Source: Dehalococcoidia bacterium | GTDB lineage: Bacteria; Chloroflexota; Dehalococcoidia; UBA2979 | Assembly: GCA_965219085.1 (NCBI GenBank) | Contig: OZ244720.1 | Coordinates: forward strand, 1,728,001 to 1,792,000 | Direction: 5' to 3' | Length of the DNA: 64,000 nt | Part shown: piece by piece, positions 37,749-48,127 of the stretch | Layout: every line of letters starts with the position of its first letter | How positions within the stretch are numbered: the first letter of the stretch is position 1 | Translations under genes and position numbers: made by a program | Notes under the pieces: generated by a model | What the model was told of the DNA's origin: nothing | Database searches by the model: none | What the model saw: the letters and a program-made list of their open reading frames with translations, nothing else

Positions 37749-39149
37749 TTGGCTAGCGATCACCCGACCACCCTCGGAGCGTTGCGCCAGTCCGGCTACC
37801 GCGTCCGGCCGGTCCGCGAAGAGGTGCGCGCGAACCTCATCGAGGCCCTGCGCACCGGCGTCGACATGTTCCCCCACATCCAGGGCTACAGCGACACCGT
37901 CATCCCGCACCTTGAGAACGCCATCCTCTCCGGCCACGACATCATCCTGCTCGGCGAACGAGGCCAGGCGAAGTCGCGGCTGATCCGCAGCCTGATCGCG
38001 CTGCTCGACGAATGGGTGCCCGTCATTGGCGGCGCCGAGATCCCGGAGAACCCCTTCGCTCCCATCAGCGAGCAGGCCCGCCAGATCGTCCAGGAGCACG
38101 GCGAAGACACCCCCATCGAGTGGGTGCATCGCGATGACCGCTACGGCGAGAAGCTCGCCACCCCCGACATCACCATCGCAGACCTGATCGGCGAGGTGGA
38201 CCCGATCAAGGTCGCCGAGGGCCGCTACCTGGGCGACCAGCTCACCATCCACTACGGCCTGATCCCGCGCACCAACCGCGGCATCTTCGCCATCAACGAG
38301 TTGCCGGACCTCGCCGAGCGCATCCAGGTCGGCCTGCTCAACGTCATGGAGGAGCGCGACGTCCAGATCCGCGGCCACAAGATCCGGCTTGAGCTGGACG
38401 TCTTCATCCTCGCCACCGCCAACCCCGAGGACTACACGAACCGCGGCCGCATCATCACGCCGCTCAAGGACCGCTACGGCTCCCAGATCCGCACCCACTA
38501 CCCGCGCACCATCGACGACGAGCTCGAGATCGTGCAGCAGGAGCGCGCGCACCTCGACATGGCGGGCAAGAACGCGGTCGTGCCGCGCTACATGGAGGAG
38601 ATCATCGCCGAGATCACGCGGCTCGCGCGCCGCTCGCCGGACGTGAACCAGCGCTCGGGCGTCTCGGTCCGCGCCTCGATCTCCAACTACGAGGCGATGC
38701 TGGCGAACGCACTGCGGCGCGCCATCCGCCTCGACGAGCCCGACGCCGTGCCGCGCATCTCCGACCTCAGCTTCCTGCGCGCCTCGCTCGAAGGCAAGGT
38801 CGAGCTTGAGACGGTCGACGAGGGGCGTGAGGACCAGATCATCGATCGGCTCATCCAGGGCGCCGTCGTCGCGGTCTTCAACCGCCACTGCTCCATTACC
38901 GATATGGAGCCGCTGATCGAGGAGTTCAAGACCGGCGCCAGCGCCGAGGTCGGCGAAGACGCCGGCGTCGCGGTATACGACGAGCTCGTGGGCCGCATCG
39001 ACTCGCTGGCGGACGCCATCGCGGACATCCGCTCGAACGGCTCGGCGGCCGAGCAGGCCGCCGCAGTCGAGTTCGTGCTGGAGGGCCTGCACCTCAACAA
39101 GCGACTGAACAAGGACGCTGTCGGCGGAGGCGCGCACTACCGGGGGTAG
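37749..39149 (+). CDS. Magnesium-chelatase/MoxR-related AAA+ ATPase
   Basis: LGERGQAKS, GIFAINELPDL and ATANPEDYTNRGRIITPLKDR motifs. Confidence 0.9.
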   Translation: MASDHPTTLGALRQSGYRVRPVREEVRANLIEALRTGVDMFPHIQGYSDTVIPHLENAILSGHDIILLGERGQAKSRLIRSLIALLDEWVPVIGGAEIPENPFAPISEQARQIVQEHGEDTPIEWVHRDDRYGEKLATPDITIADLIGEVDPIKVAEGRYLGDQLTIHYGLIPRTNRGIFAINELPDLAERIQVGLLNVMEERDVQIRGHKIRLELDVFILATANPEDYTNRGRIITPLKDRYGSQIRTHYPRTIDDELEIVQQERAHLDMAGKNAVVPRYMEEIIAEITRLARRSPDVNQRSGVSVRASISNYEAMLANALRRAIRLDEPDAVPRISDLSFLRASLEGKVELETVDEGREDQIIDRLIQGAVVAVFNRHCSITDMEPLIEEFKTGASAEVGEDAGVAVYDELVGRIDSLADAIADIRSNGSAAEQAAAVEFVLEGLHLNKRLNKDAVGGGAHYRG

Positions 39150-39152
39150 CAC

Positions 39153-41396
39153 ATGCCATTCACGATTCGCTACTCCGCCTGGGACGGCACCCAGGAGATC
39201 GGCGACCTCGAGGCCGGCGACATCCTCGAAGCCCTCTCCGACGACCTGATGAACTTCGGCGACCTCCAGCACGCGCTGCGCAACCTCATGCAGCGCGGCA
39301 TGCGCGGCCCCCACGGCATGCGCACGCCCGGCCTGCGTGACCTGCTCCACCAGCTCCGGCAGCAGCGCCGCGAGCGCCTGGACCAGTTCGACCTCGGCGG
39401 GGTGATGGAAGACATCGCACGCCAGCTCGAGGAGATCCTGGACCTCGAACGATCCACGCTCGACGACCGCATGGAGGAGGCCGGCGGCCCCCGCGAACCG
39501 CAGCCCCAAGCCGAGGGCCAGGAGCCCGAGGGCGAGCAGCCCGGCGCCGCGGGCGAGCAGCAAGGCGCCGACGGCGACGAGGCCTCCGGCCTCGCGGGCG
39601 GCGGCGAACAGGACGGCGGCGGCGAACAAGACGGCGAGATGGCCGCGCAGCAGTCCTCGGGCGGCGCGTCAGGCGGGCAGCAGGGCGGCGGCCAGCCCGG
39701 TGCTGCGCAGCCCGGTCAGTCCGAGGGCGGTGAGGAGGACTTCTCCGACATGCTGCGCCGCATCGTCGAGCGCAAGCAGGACTTCCTCGAGCAGTTGCCC
39801 CCGGAGCCCGCCGGGCAGGTGAAGGAGCTCCAGAACTACGAGTTCCTGAACCCGGAGGCGCAGGAGAAGTTCCAGCAGCTCGTCGACCAGCTCAAGCAGG
39901 CGATGACCGAGTCGTTCTTCAACGACGTCCAGAAGATGGTCGAGGAGATGTCCGAGGGCGACATCGAGCGCATGAAGGACATGCTGCGCGACCTCAACGA
40001 CATGCTTATCCAGCGCATGCGCGGCGAGCAGCCGGACTTCGACTCGTTCATGGAGAAGTACGGCGACATGTTCGGGGACAACCCCCCGCAGTCGCTCGAC
40101 GAGCTCATCGCCCAGATGCAGGCGCAGACGCAGGCGATGCAGTCGCTCATGGAGTCGCTGCCCTCGAACCAGCGCCAGCAACTGCAGTCGCTCATGGCGG
40201 ACAAGCTGGGCGACCCGGAGCTCGAGGGCGAGCTGAGCCAGCTCGCCGCGAACCTCGAATACCTCAACCCCGGCGCCGAGCGCGCTCCCGGCTACCCCTT
40301 CCGCGGCGACGAGGAGATCGACCTCCAGGCCGCGATGCAGCTCATGTCGGAGATGCAGGACATCGACGGCCTCGAGCGCCAGCTCGAACGCGCGCAGTAC
40401 GACGGCGAACTCGACGGCATCGACCTCGACCAGCTGCGCGAGCTGCTCGGCGACGACGCGTCCGACGCGATCGACCAGCTCGGGGACCTGCTCGACATCC
40501 TCGAGCAGGCGGGCTACATCCGGCGCGACGGGGACACCTGGGAGCTGACGCCGCGCGGCACGCGGATGATCGGCCAGCGCGCGCTCGCCGAGATCTACGC
40601 GCAGCTCAAGCGCCAGGGCATCGGCAACCACCCCGTGCCCGAGTCCGGCCGGTACGGCGAGCGCATGGACGACTCCAAGGAGTACGAGTTCGGCGACCCC
40701 TTCCACCTCGACATGGGCCGCACGCTGATGAACGCCGTCGAGCGCGAAGGGCCGCAGACGCCGGTGCGCCTCATGCCCGACGACTTCGAGGTCTTCCGCT
40801 CGGAGTTGCTCACCCAGACGGCCACCGTGGTGATGGTCGACCTCTCATGGTCGATGGCGCTGCGGGGCTCGTTCCAGTCGGCGAAGAAGGTGGCGCTCGC
40901 GCTGCACAACCTGATCAAGGCGCAGTACCCGCGCGACCAACTCTACATCCTCGGGTTCTCCGCGTACGCGCGGCAACTCGAGATCTCCGAGCTGCCGTAC
41001 GTGCGCTGGGACGAGTCGGTGCTGGGCACGAACATGCACCACGCGCTGATGCTCGCGCGGCGGCTGCTCGCGAAGCACACCGGCACGCGCCAGATCATCA
41101 TGATCTCGGACGGGGAGCCCACGGCGCACCTCGAACGCGGGCGCTCGCAGTTCTCGTACCCGCCGAGCCCGACGACGATCCGCGAGACCCTCAAGGAGGT
41201 GCAGCGCTGCACCCGCGAGGGGATCACGATCAACACGTTCATGCTGGACCGCAACTACTACCTGAAGGAGTTCGTGAACCAGCTGGCGAAGATCAACAGC
41301 GGCCGCGTCTTCTTCACCACGCCCGACAAGCTCGGCGAGTACATCCTCGTCGACTACGTGCAGCACAAGCGGCAGCACATCGGCCGCAGCGCCTGA
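39153..41396 (+). CDS. VWA-domain protein (partner of the AAA+ ATPase)
   Basis: DLSWSM MIDAS motif, GTNMHHAL and MISDGEPTAH. Confidence 0.9.
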   Translation: MPFTIRYSAWDGTQEIGDLEAGDILEALSDDLMNFGDLQHALRNLMQRGMRGPHGMRTPGLRDLLHQLRQQRRERLDQFDLGGVMEDIARQLEEILDLERSTLDDRMEEAGGPREPQPQAEGQEPEGEQPGAAGEQQGADGDEASGLAGGGEQDGGGEQDGEMAAQQSSGGASGGQQGGGQPGAAQPGQSEGGEEDFSDMLRRIVERKQDFLEQLPPEPAGQVKELQNYEFLNPEAQEKFQQLVDQLKQAMTESFFNDVQKMVEEMSEGDIERMKDMLRDLNDMLIQRMRGEQPDFDSFMEKYGDMFGDNPPQSLDELIAQMQAQTQAMQSLMESLPSNQRQQLQSLMADKLGDPELEGELSQLAANLEYLNPGAERAPGYPFRGDEEIDLQAAMQLMSEMQDIDGLERQLERAQYDGELDGIDLDQLRELLGDDASDAIDQLGDLLDILEQAGYIRRDGDTWELTPRGTRMIGQRALAEIYAQLKRQGIGNHPVPESGRYGERMDDSKEYEFGDPFHLDMGRTLMNAVEREGPQTPVRLMPDDFEVFRSELLTQTATVVMVDLSWSMALRGSFQSAKKVALALHNLIKAQYPRDQLYILGFSAYARQLEISELPYVRWDESVLGTNMHHALMLARRLLAKHTGTRQIIMISDGEPTAHLERGRSQFSYPPSPTTIRETLKEVQRCTREGITINTFMLDRNYYLKEFVNQLAKINSGRVFFTTPDKLGEYILVDYVQHKRQHIGRSA

Positions 41397-41460
41397 CGGC
41401 GCGCCGCCGTCCGCGTCCCGCCGCGGCCGACGAGCCGGGGCTTGCCGACAGGGACCGCCG

Positions 41461-42210
41461 ATGCCCTTCCGGATCCCGCCGCGGCTGCTCGTCCTTGCCG
41501 TTGGACTGACCGCGATCGTGCTCGGCGCTGCGGCCTGGTACGCCTGGGTCGAAGAGTTCGGGGCGTTTGACGGGCTGTACATGGCCGTCATCACGCTCAC
41601 CACGGTCGGTTACGAGGAGGTCGAACCCCTCGACCGTGGCGGGCGCCTGTTCACGATGCTCTACATCAGCACCGGGGTCGGGGTGCTGTTCTACACCGCC
41701 GGGACTATCGTGGAGGAGGTGGTCGCGGGCAGCATCGCCGAGGCGTTGGGCGTGCGCGGCCGCAGCCGGAGAGCAGGCAGGATGCGCGATCACATCGTGG
41801 TGTGCGGGCTCGGCCGCGTCGGCAGCGCGGTCGTGCGCCAGCTGCACGAACGAGGCGAGCGGGTGCTCGCCATCGACTTCGACGAGGAACGCCTCGAAGT
41901 CGCTCGCGAGATGGGCGTCGCCTACCTGTTCGGCGACGCCACCGAACAGGCGCAGCTCGAACGTGCGAATCTCGACCACGCGCGGGCGCTGATCGCGGCG
42001 GTACACAGCGACGCCGAGAACACGTTCATCGTGCTCACGGCGCGCGCGCTTAACCCGGACCTCTCGATCACCGCGCGCGCGATCTCGGATGCCGCGGTAC
42101 CGCGCCTGGAGGCGGCTGGCGCCGACCACGTGATCTCGCCATACCGCATCGCCGGGGAGCGCATGGCGGAGGCGGCCCTGGAGCCCCACGCAAACGCCCG
42201 AGGCGGCTAA
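41461..42210 (+). CDS. Two-TM potassium channel with TrkA-N (RCK) domain
   Basis: TLTTVGYEEV pore loop, CGLGRVG and GDAT. Confidence 0.88.
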   Translation: MPFRIPPRLLVLAVGLTAIVLGAAAWYAWVEEFGAFDGLYMAVITLTTVGYEEVEPLDRGGRLFTMLYISTGVGVLFYTAGTIVEEVVAGSIAEALGVRGRSRRAGRMRDHIVVCGLGRVGSAVVRQLHERGERVLAIDFDEERLEVAREMGVAYLFGDATEQAQLERANLDHARALIAAVHSDAENTFIVLTARALNPDLSITARAISDAAVPRLEAAGADHVISPYRIAGERMAEAALEPHANARGG

Positions 42211-42245
42211 CCGCCCCGGGCGCAGGTGGTGGGCTCGCGTCGGAC

Positions 42246-43139
42246 TTAGACCCAGATGCCGGGGCGCTCCTGCCAGAAGAACTGCACCAGCATCCCGCCG
42301 GTCTGGCGCGGGTGGATGAAGCCCTCGATCCAGCGCGCGCCGTCCGTCACGCCCTCGCGCTCGCCGAAGGGGCGGATGCCGCGGGCGGCGCAGGCGGCGA
42401 CGGCGGCCTCCCAGTCGGCCACCTCGAACGTGACGTGGTGGATCGTCGGGCCACGGCGCTCCAGGAAGCTCGCGATGAACGAGGGCTCGCCGAGCGGCTG
42501 GATGACCTCCCAGCGCATCTGGCGCGTGGGGGTCTCCATCACCTCGGTCACGAATTCGCGGCCCGGGTCGTCGGAGCGGTAGAAGCTCTGCATCCCGAAG
42601 ACGCTGCCGTACCACCCGGCGAGTTCGTCGCGGTTGCCGTGCGCGTGCGAGAGGTGGTTGATCGCAGTGATCCCGAGGGCGCCCTCGCGCATCGGCGGGG
42701 GGCCCACGCGGGGCATCGCGCCGTTGGCGCTGCGGAAACGGAACTGGAAGCCGTGCCCGCCTCGCCACGGGTGGATGAGGATCTCCTCCACCGGCTGCTC
42801 AGGCGTGCCCTGCTGCTCGCTCCATGGCTCGATGCCGAGCCCGCGCAGGTCGTTGACCGCTGCCGAGAGGTCGCGCACGTACAACAGCACGTACTGGAGT
42901 CCGGGCCCGAGCGGGCCGTCGATGAAGCTCTGCAGGTAGGAGTCCGGGCGCGTCGGCGCGGAGACTTCCCAGTCGATGTCCGAGAGGCCGGGCACTGACA
43001 TCGACGCGCGCTCGACGCCGATCGCGTCGTCGCGCGTGCGCTGGATGGTGGTGAAGCCGAAGAGGCCCTCGAGCAGCTCGACCTGTGGTTCGAGCTGCGC
43101 CACGACCATCCCGATACGATCGATTCGCTCGATATCCAC
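42246..43139 (-). CDS. Two-domain VOC family protein
   Basis: IDRIGMVV, INHLSHAH, IHHVTFEV and FIHPRQTGGMLVQ motifs. Confidence 0.85.
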   Translation of the reverse strand: MDIERIDRIGMVVAQLEPQVELLEGLFGFTTIQRTRDDAIGVERASMSVPGLSDIDWEVSAPTRPDSYLQSFIDGPLGPGLQYVLLYVRDLSAAVNDLRGLGIEPWSEQQGTPEQPVEEILIHPWRGGHGFQFRFRSANGAMPRVGPPPMREGALGITAINHLSHAHGNRDELAGWYGSVFGMQSFYRSDDPGREFVTEVMETPTRQMRWEVIQPLGEPSFIASFLERRGPTIHHVTFEVADWEAAVAACAARGIRPFGEREGVTDGARWIEGFIHPRQTGGMLVQFFWQERPGIWV

Positions 43140-43248
43140 ACGCCGCTCCCTTGCTCGTCGCGCCCTCGGTGACACCATCATAACGAGACCGCGCCCTAAT
43201 GCCTCGCACCGGTGGTCGGCGCGCGTCTCATCGGGCTAGCATCCCCTG

Positions 43249-44193
43249 ATGCTACCCGGTCGCGTGCTGTTGTTGCGCAACCCGAAATCCCGCCGTGCGC
43301 TCTCGGAAGCCGCGCTCCGCGAGGCCGCCGCGCCGCTCGTCGAGCGCGGCTGGCGCTTCGACATCGAGTCGACGACCGGCCCGGGCGAGGCGACGCGGAT
43401 CGCCGCGGCGGCGGCCGCGAGCGGCTACAACGCCGTCGTCGCCGCCGGCGGCGACGGCACCGTGCACGAGGTGGTGCAGGGCCTCGTGGGCGCCTCGACG
43501 GCGCTCGGAGTCGTCCCGGCGGGCACCGCCGATGTGTGGGCGCAGGAGGCCGGCGTGCCGGGCGGCGCCACACGGGCGCTCGCCTTCCTCGCCCGCGCGC
43601 GCACCGCAGGCATCGACGTGGGGCGCGTGACGTTCGAGGACGGGACGGCGCGGCGCTTCCTGCTGATGTGCAGCGTCGGCCTCGACGCCGAGGTCGTGCG
43701 CCGCGTCGGCGCGGGGGGCGCACCCAAGCGCCTCGTCGGCGGCGCGTGGTACGCGGCAGCCGGGCTCGCGCTCGGCGCGCGAGCGGCGCCGGTGCCTACG
43801 ACTATCGTGGTGGACGGCGTGCGGACCGAGCGGGACTTGTACCTCGCGGTGGTTGGCAACACCCGGCTCTACGGCGGGCTCGCGCGCATCACAGCCGCCG
43901 CGCTCGCCGACGACGGCGCGCTCGACGTCTGCGCGTTCTCCGGCCGCGGCCTCCGCGACCGCCTCGCGCTGGTCGCGCGCGCGCTGCGCGGCGGGCTCGA
44001 CCGCCGCGCGGGCGGCGGCGTCGACTACGCGCGGGGCGTCGAGGTGCGCATCGCGCCCGCCCGCCCGCTGGCGGTGCAGGCCGATGGCGAGTACATCGGC
44101 GAGACGCCGGTCACGATCACCGTCGAGCCCGGCGCGCTGACCGTGCTGCTCGCCCCCGAGCCGAACCCGCTGCTGAGCGGCGAGGTGGACTGA
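43249..44193 (+). CDS. Diacylglycerol/lipid kinase family protein (YegS-like)
   Basis: NPKS, AAGGDGTVHEV, PAGTAD and QADGE motifs. Confidence 0.9.
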   Translation: MLPGRVLLLRNPKSRRALSEAALREAAAPLVERGWRFDIESTTGPGEATRIAAAAAASGYNAVVAAGGDGTVHEVVQGLVGASTALGVVPAGTADVWAQEAGVPGGATRALAFLARARTAGIDVGRVTFEDGTARRFLLMCSVGLDAEVVRRVGAGGAPKRLVGGAWYAAAGLALGARAAPVPTTIVVDGVRTERDLYLAVVGNTRLYGGLARITAAALADDGALDVCAFSGRGLRDRLALVARALRGGLDRRAGGGVDYARGVEVRIAPARPLAVQADGEYIGETPVTITVEPGALTVLLAPEPNPLLSGEVD

Positions 44194-44205
44194 CGCGCCC
44201 GCGGA

Positions 44206-45114
44206 TCAGTCGGTCGGGCCCTGAACCCAGATGCCGGGGCGCTCCTCCCAGAACAGCTGCACCAGCATGCCGCCGGTCTGGCGGGGGTGGATGAAGCCCT
44301 CGGTCCAGCTTGCGCCGTCCCTCACGCCCTCGCTCTCATCGAAGAGGTCGATGCCGTGCGCGGCGCAGGCCGCGGCGGCGGCGTCCCAGTCGGCGACCTC
44401 GAACGCGACATGGTGGATCGCGGGGCCGCGGCGCTCGAGGAAGCTTGCGACGAACGAGTCGTCGCCGCGCGGCTGGATCACTTCCCAGTGCATCTGACGC
44501 GTCTGGGTCTCCAGCACCTTGGTGGCGAATCCGCCGCCCGGTTGGTCGGAGTAGTAGGAGCCTTCCATCCCGAAGACGCGCCCATACCACCCCGTCAGCT
44601 CGTCGCTGCTGCCGTGTGCGTGCGAGAGGTGGTCGATCGCCGTGACCCCGAGGGCGCCCTCGCGCATGGGCGGCGCTTCGAGGGGGGGAGCCGCGCCGTC
44701 GACGCCGCGGAAGCGGAACTGGAAGCCGTGCCCGCCTCGTCGCGGGTGGATCAAGATCTCCTCGACTGGCCGCTCGGACGTCCCGCCCAGCTCGCGCTCC
44801 GGCTCGATCCCGAGCCGCCGCAGGTCGCCGGCGGTGGCCGAGAGATCGGGAACCAGCATCCCAACGTGGTGTAGCCCCGGCCCCAACGGGCTGTCGAGGA
44901 AGCCCTGCAGGGAGGAGTCCTCGCGGGTCGGCGCCGTGACCTCCCAGTCGATCTCTGAAGTGCCCGGCACGGCCAGCCGCACGCGTTCAACGCCTGCTGC
45001 TTCGTCGCGTATCTGGCGCCCGGCGGCGAAGCCGAACACGCCCTCAAGCAGCTCGACCTGTGGCTCGATCTCCTCGACGACCATCCCGATATGATCGATG
45101 TGCTCGATATCCAT
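44206..45114 (-). CDS. Two-domain VOC family protein, close paralog of 42246-43139
   Basis: IDHIGMVV, GLHHVG, IHHVAFEV and FIHPRQTGGMLVQ motifs. Confidence 0.87.
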   Translation of the reverse strand: MDIEHIDHIGMVVEEIEPQVELLEGVFGFAAGRQIRDEAAGVERVRLAVPGTSEIDWEVTAPTREDSSLQGFLDSPLGPGLHHVGMLVPDLSATAGDLRRLGIEPERELGGTSERPVEEILIHPRRGGHGFQFRFRGVDGAAPPLEAPPMREGALGVTAIDHLSHAHGSSDELTGWYGRVFGMEGSYYSDQPGGGFATKVLETQTRQMHWEVIQPRGDDSFVASFLERRGPAIHHVAFEVADWDAAAAACAAHGIDLFDESEGVRDGASWTEGFIHPRQTGGMLVQLFWEERPGIWVQGPTD

Positions 45115-45228
45115 ACACCGCTCCCTGTAGTCGTTTCGTTGGTTGGCCGACCCCATCATACCGATGCAGCGCCGACGGGTAGCCCACACGCGCTCAACGG
45201 CGAGGTGGACTGACCGCGCCGACCGAGG

Positions 45229-46428
45229 TCACTCGGCGGGGCGCAGCTCGCCCTCCTCGATCCGGAAGCGGCGCGCGCCGGGCAGGTCGCTGGCGCCCGG
45301 GCGCTCCTCGTCGGCCGAGGTGATCACGACCTGGTCGACGCCGTAGGCGGCGGCCAGCACGCGCTCGCGACGCTGCCCGTCGAGCTCGGACAGGATGTCG
45401 TCCAGGAGCAGCAGCGGCGCGTCCCCCGTGCGGTCGCGGGAGAGCGCGACCTCGGCGAGGCGCAGCGCCAGCGCGGCCGTGCGCTGCTGGCCGCGCGATG
45501 CGAATGCAGCGGCGTCGTTGCCGTCGATCTCGAAGCGCATGTTGTCGCGATGCGGCCCGCTGCGCGTCATCCCGGCCACAAGGTCGTCGCGGCGGCGCGC
45601 CTCCAGCACCTCGCGGAACGCGCCTTCGACGCCCCCGACGCTCCCCGTGTCGAGCACCGTCGACGCGGTGGGCGCGGGCAGCGCGGGCTCGTAGCACACC
45701 GCGAGCGGCTCGACGCCCGGGGCGAGGTCGGCGTAGTGCTGCGCCGCGCCCTCGGCGAGCGCGCGCACGGCCAGCGCGCGGCCGTGCAGCACGACGGCGC
45801 CCGAAGCGGCGAGCTCCTGGTCCCAGAACGCGAGCTCGTCGCCGGGTCGAGCGCGGCGCTCCTGCAGGCTGCGTAGCAGGCTGTTGCGCTGCTGGAGCAC
45901 CCGCTGGTAGCGCTGCAACGCCCGCACGTACTCGCGGTCGAGCTGCGAGATGGTGATGTCGAGGTAGCGGCGTCGCCGCGACGGCGAGCCGTCGATGATC
46001 TGCAGGTCGGCGGCCGAGAACATGACCACGCGCAGCCGTCCGATCAGGTCGGAGGCGCGCCGCGCGACTCCGTCGACGCGGAAACGGCGGCTCGTCGGCG
46101 GCAGCGCTCCCTCCTCGGCGGCGGCCCGGCCGCGCACCTCGAGGCTGCTGACCACGATCTCCACCGTGACCGGCTCGGCGGCCGTGACCACCTCCGCGTG
46201 CAGCGTCGCCGCCGGCAGCGGCTCCTCGCGCAGCGCCGCCTGCGAGATCACCTCGGCGTCCGCGCCCACGCGCCCGCTCCGCGTGGTGGCGAGGAGGCCG
46301 ATGGCCTCGACAAGGTTGGTCTTGCCGGCGCCGTTGGGCCCGGTGACGACGCTGATGCCGCGCTCCAGCGGGGTGTCGAGCCGCCGGAACGTGCGGACGT
46401 TCGTGAGCGAGAGACGCGCGATGTGCAT
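45229..46428 (-). CDS. recF: DNA replication/repair protein RecF
   Basis: GPNGAGKTNLVEAI, GSPSRRRRYLD, GPHRD, SRGQQR and LLLDDILSELD motifs. Confidence 0.96.
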   Translation of the reverse strand: MHIARLSLTNVRTFRRLDTPLERGISVVTGPNGAGKTNLVEAIGLLATTRSGRVGADAEVISQAALREEPLPAATLHAEVVTAAEPVTVEIVVSSLEVRGRAAAEEGALPPTSRRFRVDGVARRASDLIGRLRVVMFSAADLQIIDGSPSRRRRYLDITISQLDREYVRALQRYQRVLQQRNSLLRSLQERRARPGDELAFWDQELAASGAVVLHGRALAVRALAEGAAQHYADLAPGVEPLAVCYEPALPAPTASTVLDTGSVGGVEGAFREVLEARRRDDLVAGMTRSGPHRDNMRFEIDGNDAAAFASRGQQRTAALALRLAEVALSRDRTGDAPLLLLDDILSELDGQRRERVLAAAYGVDQVVITSADEERPGASDLPGARRFRIEEGELRPAE

Positions 46429-46591
46429 GCCGGGCTCCAGCCGCCTCGATTATCCCCCGGATCGACGCATGACCGCCTCGCTGCCCGGTGCGGCTGACGC
46501 GGTGGTAGGTCGGGGCTGCCGCTGACGATCGCGCCCGGTAGGGTGGACGCGGGGACCGGCGGCGGCGCGCCCCGGCCGGAAGGAGCACCCG

Positions 46592-47638
46592 ATGAGCGAC
46601 CAACCCATCCGCGTCGGCCTGATCGGCGCCGGCGAGAACACGCGTGTGCTCCACATCCCCGGCTTTCAGGCCATCGACGGCATCGAGGTCGTCGCCGTCT
46701 GCAACCGCTCGCAGGAGAGCGGGCAGCGCGTGGCCGACGCGTTCGGCATTCCTCGCGTGGTGACGGATCCCGAGGCGATCTTCGCGGCCGACGACATCGA
46801 CGCGATCTGCATCGGCACGTGGCCGTACCGCCACCGCGACTTCACCGTGCGAGGCCTCGATGCCGGCAAGCACGTGCTGTGCGAGGCGCGGATGGCGTCG
46901 AACGCCGCCGAGGCGCGCGAGATGCTCGCCGCCTCCGAGGCGCATCCCGACCTCGTCGCGCAACTCGTGCCCGCGCCGATGGACTTCGCGACCTGGCGCA
47001 CCGTGCGCCGCCTCGTCGCCGACGGGACGCTCGGCGAGCTGCGCGAGGTGCACGTGGCCTTGCTCGGCGGCGGCGGCCTCAACCCCACAAGGCCCATCCA
47101 CTGGCGGGAGCAGAGCGAGTACTCCGGCCACAACATGATGGAGTTCGGCATCGCCGCCGAGGTCGTCGGGCGCTGGCTGGGAGCGACCGAGCGCGTGGTC
47201 GCCGACGCGGCGACGTTTACGACGTCGAGGAGCAACCCGGAGACGGGTGGCGACGAGGCCATCGAGATCCCCGACAGCCTCGGCGTGTTCGCGCGGATGA
47301 CGAACGGCGCGCGGGTGACCTACCAGGTGAGCAGCGTCGCGGCGTCCCCCCACGTAGCCCACGGCATCGCGCTGCACGGCGCCGAGGCGACGCTGCACTG
47401 GTGGCGCGCCGGTGACCGCCTCGAGCTCGCCCGACGCGGCGAGGAGCCCCAGCCGCTCGAGCCCGATCCGGGCACGGCGGGCTCATGGCGCGTCGAGGCC
47501 GACTTCATCGACTCGATCCGCGAGGGCGCGCCGGTCGAACTCACGAACTTCGCGGACGGAGTGCGCTACATGGAGGTCACCGAGGCGACGTGGCGCAGCT
47601 GGTCCGAGGGCCGCCCCGTCGACATCGCCTCGCTGTAG
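46592..47638 (+). CDS. Gfo/Idh/MocA oxidoreductase
   Basis: IRVGLIGAG and AGKHVLCEARMA motifs. Confidence 0.92.
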   Translation: MSDQPIRVGLIGAGENTRVLHIPGFQAIDGIEVVAVCNRSQESGQRVADAFGIPRVVTDPEAIFAADDIDAICIGTWPYRHRDFTVRGLDAGKHVLCEARMASNAAEAREMLAASEAHPDLVAQLVPAPMDFATWRTVRRLVADGTLGELREVHVALLGGGGLNPTRPIHWREQSEYSGHNMMEFGIAAEVVGRWLGATERVVADAATFTTSRSNPETGGDEAIEIPDSLGVFARMTNGARVTYQVSSVAASPHVAHGIALHGAEATLHWWRAGDRLELARRGEEPQPLEPDPGTAGSWRVEADFIDSIREGAPVELTNFADGVRYMEVTEATWRSWSEGRPVDIASL

Positions 47639-47665
47639 CCCGCGGACGGCGACGAGGCCTCGGCG

Positions 47666-48100
47666 ATGCGCATGGTGGTGGTCGGCGGCCCGCGAGAGCG
47701 GCGTCCGCCGTCGCCGTGGGATCTGCTGCTGCGGCTCGTCGTCAACGCCGTCGGGCTCTGGCTCGCCGCCATCCTCGTGCCCGGCATCCAGATCGATGAC
47801 GTGCCCTCGCTGGTCGCCGCGACGGCGCTGTTCGCGCTCGTGAACACGGTCGTGCGGCCGCTCGCGTTCCTCGCGTCGGCGTGCGCGATCGTGCTGACGT
47901 TCGGGCTGTTCATCGTGGTCATCAACGCGCTCATGCTCGCGCTGACGGCGTGGATCGCGGGACAGCTCGGCCTCGGCTTCCGCGTCGACGGCTTCGCGTC
48001 GGCGATCTTCGGCGCGCTGATCGTGGCGCTGCTCTCGCTGCTCGTGTCGTCGGTGCTGCGCTGGCGTCGAGGGCCCCCGAACGCGGGCGGACTCGCGTAG
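47666..48100 (+). CDS. Four-TM YvlD/phage-holin-4 family membrane protein
   Basis: LVNTVVRP...LTFGLF..VINALML...GF.SAIFGA pattern. Confidence 0.85.
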   Translation: MRMVVVGGPRERRPPSPWDLLLRLVVNAVGLWLAAILVPGIQIDDVPSLVAATALFALVNTVVRPLAFLASACAIVLTFGLFIVVINALMLALTAWIAGQLGLGFRVDGFASAIFGALIVALLSLLVSSVLRWRRGPPNAGGLA

Positions 48101-48127
48101 TCTCGGGCGCGGGACGGAGCGCATCGC

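Noticed and set aside
47666-48100. Prophage, suggested by the holin-family gene
   Set aside because: YvlD-type proteins are commonly chromosomal and no phage genes are nearby.
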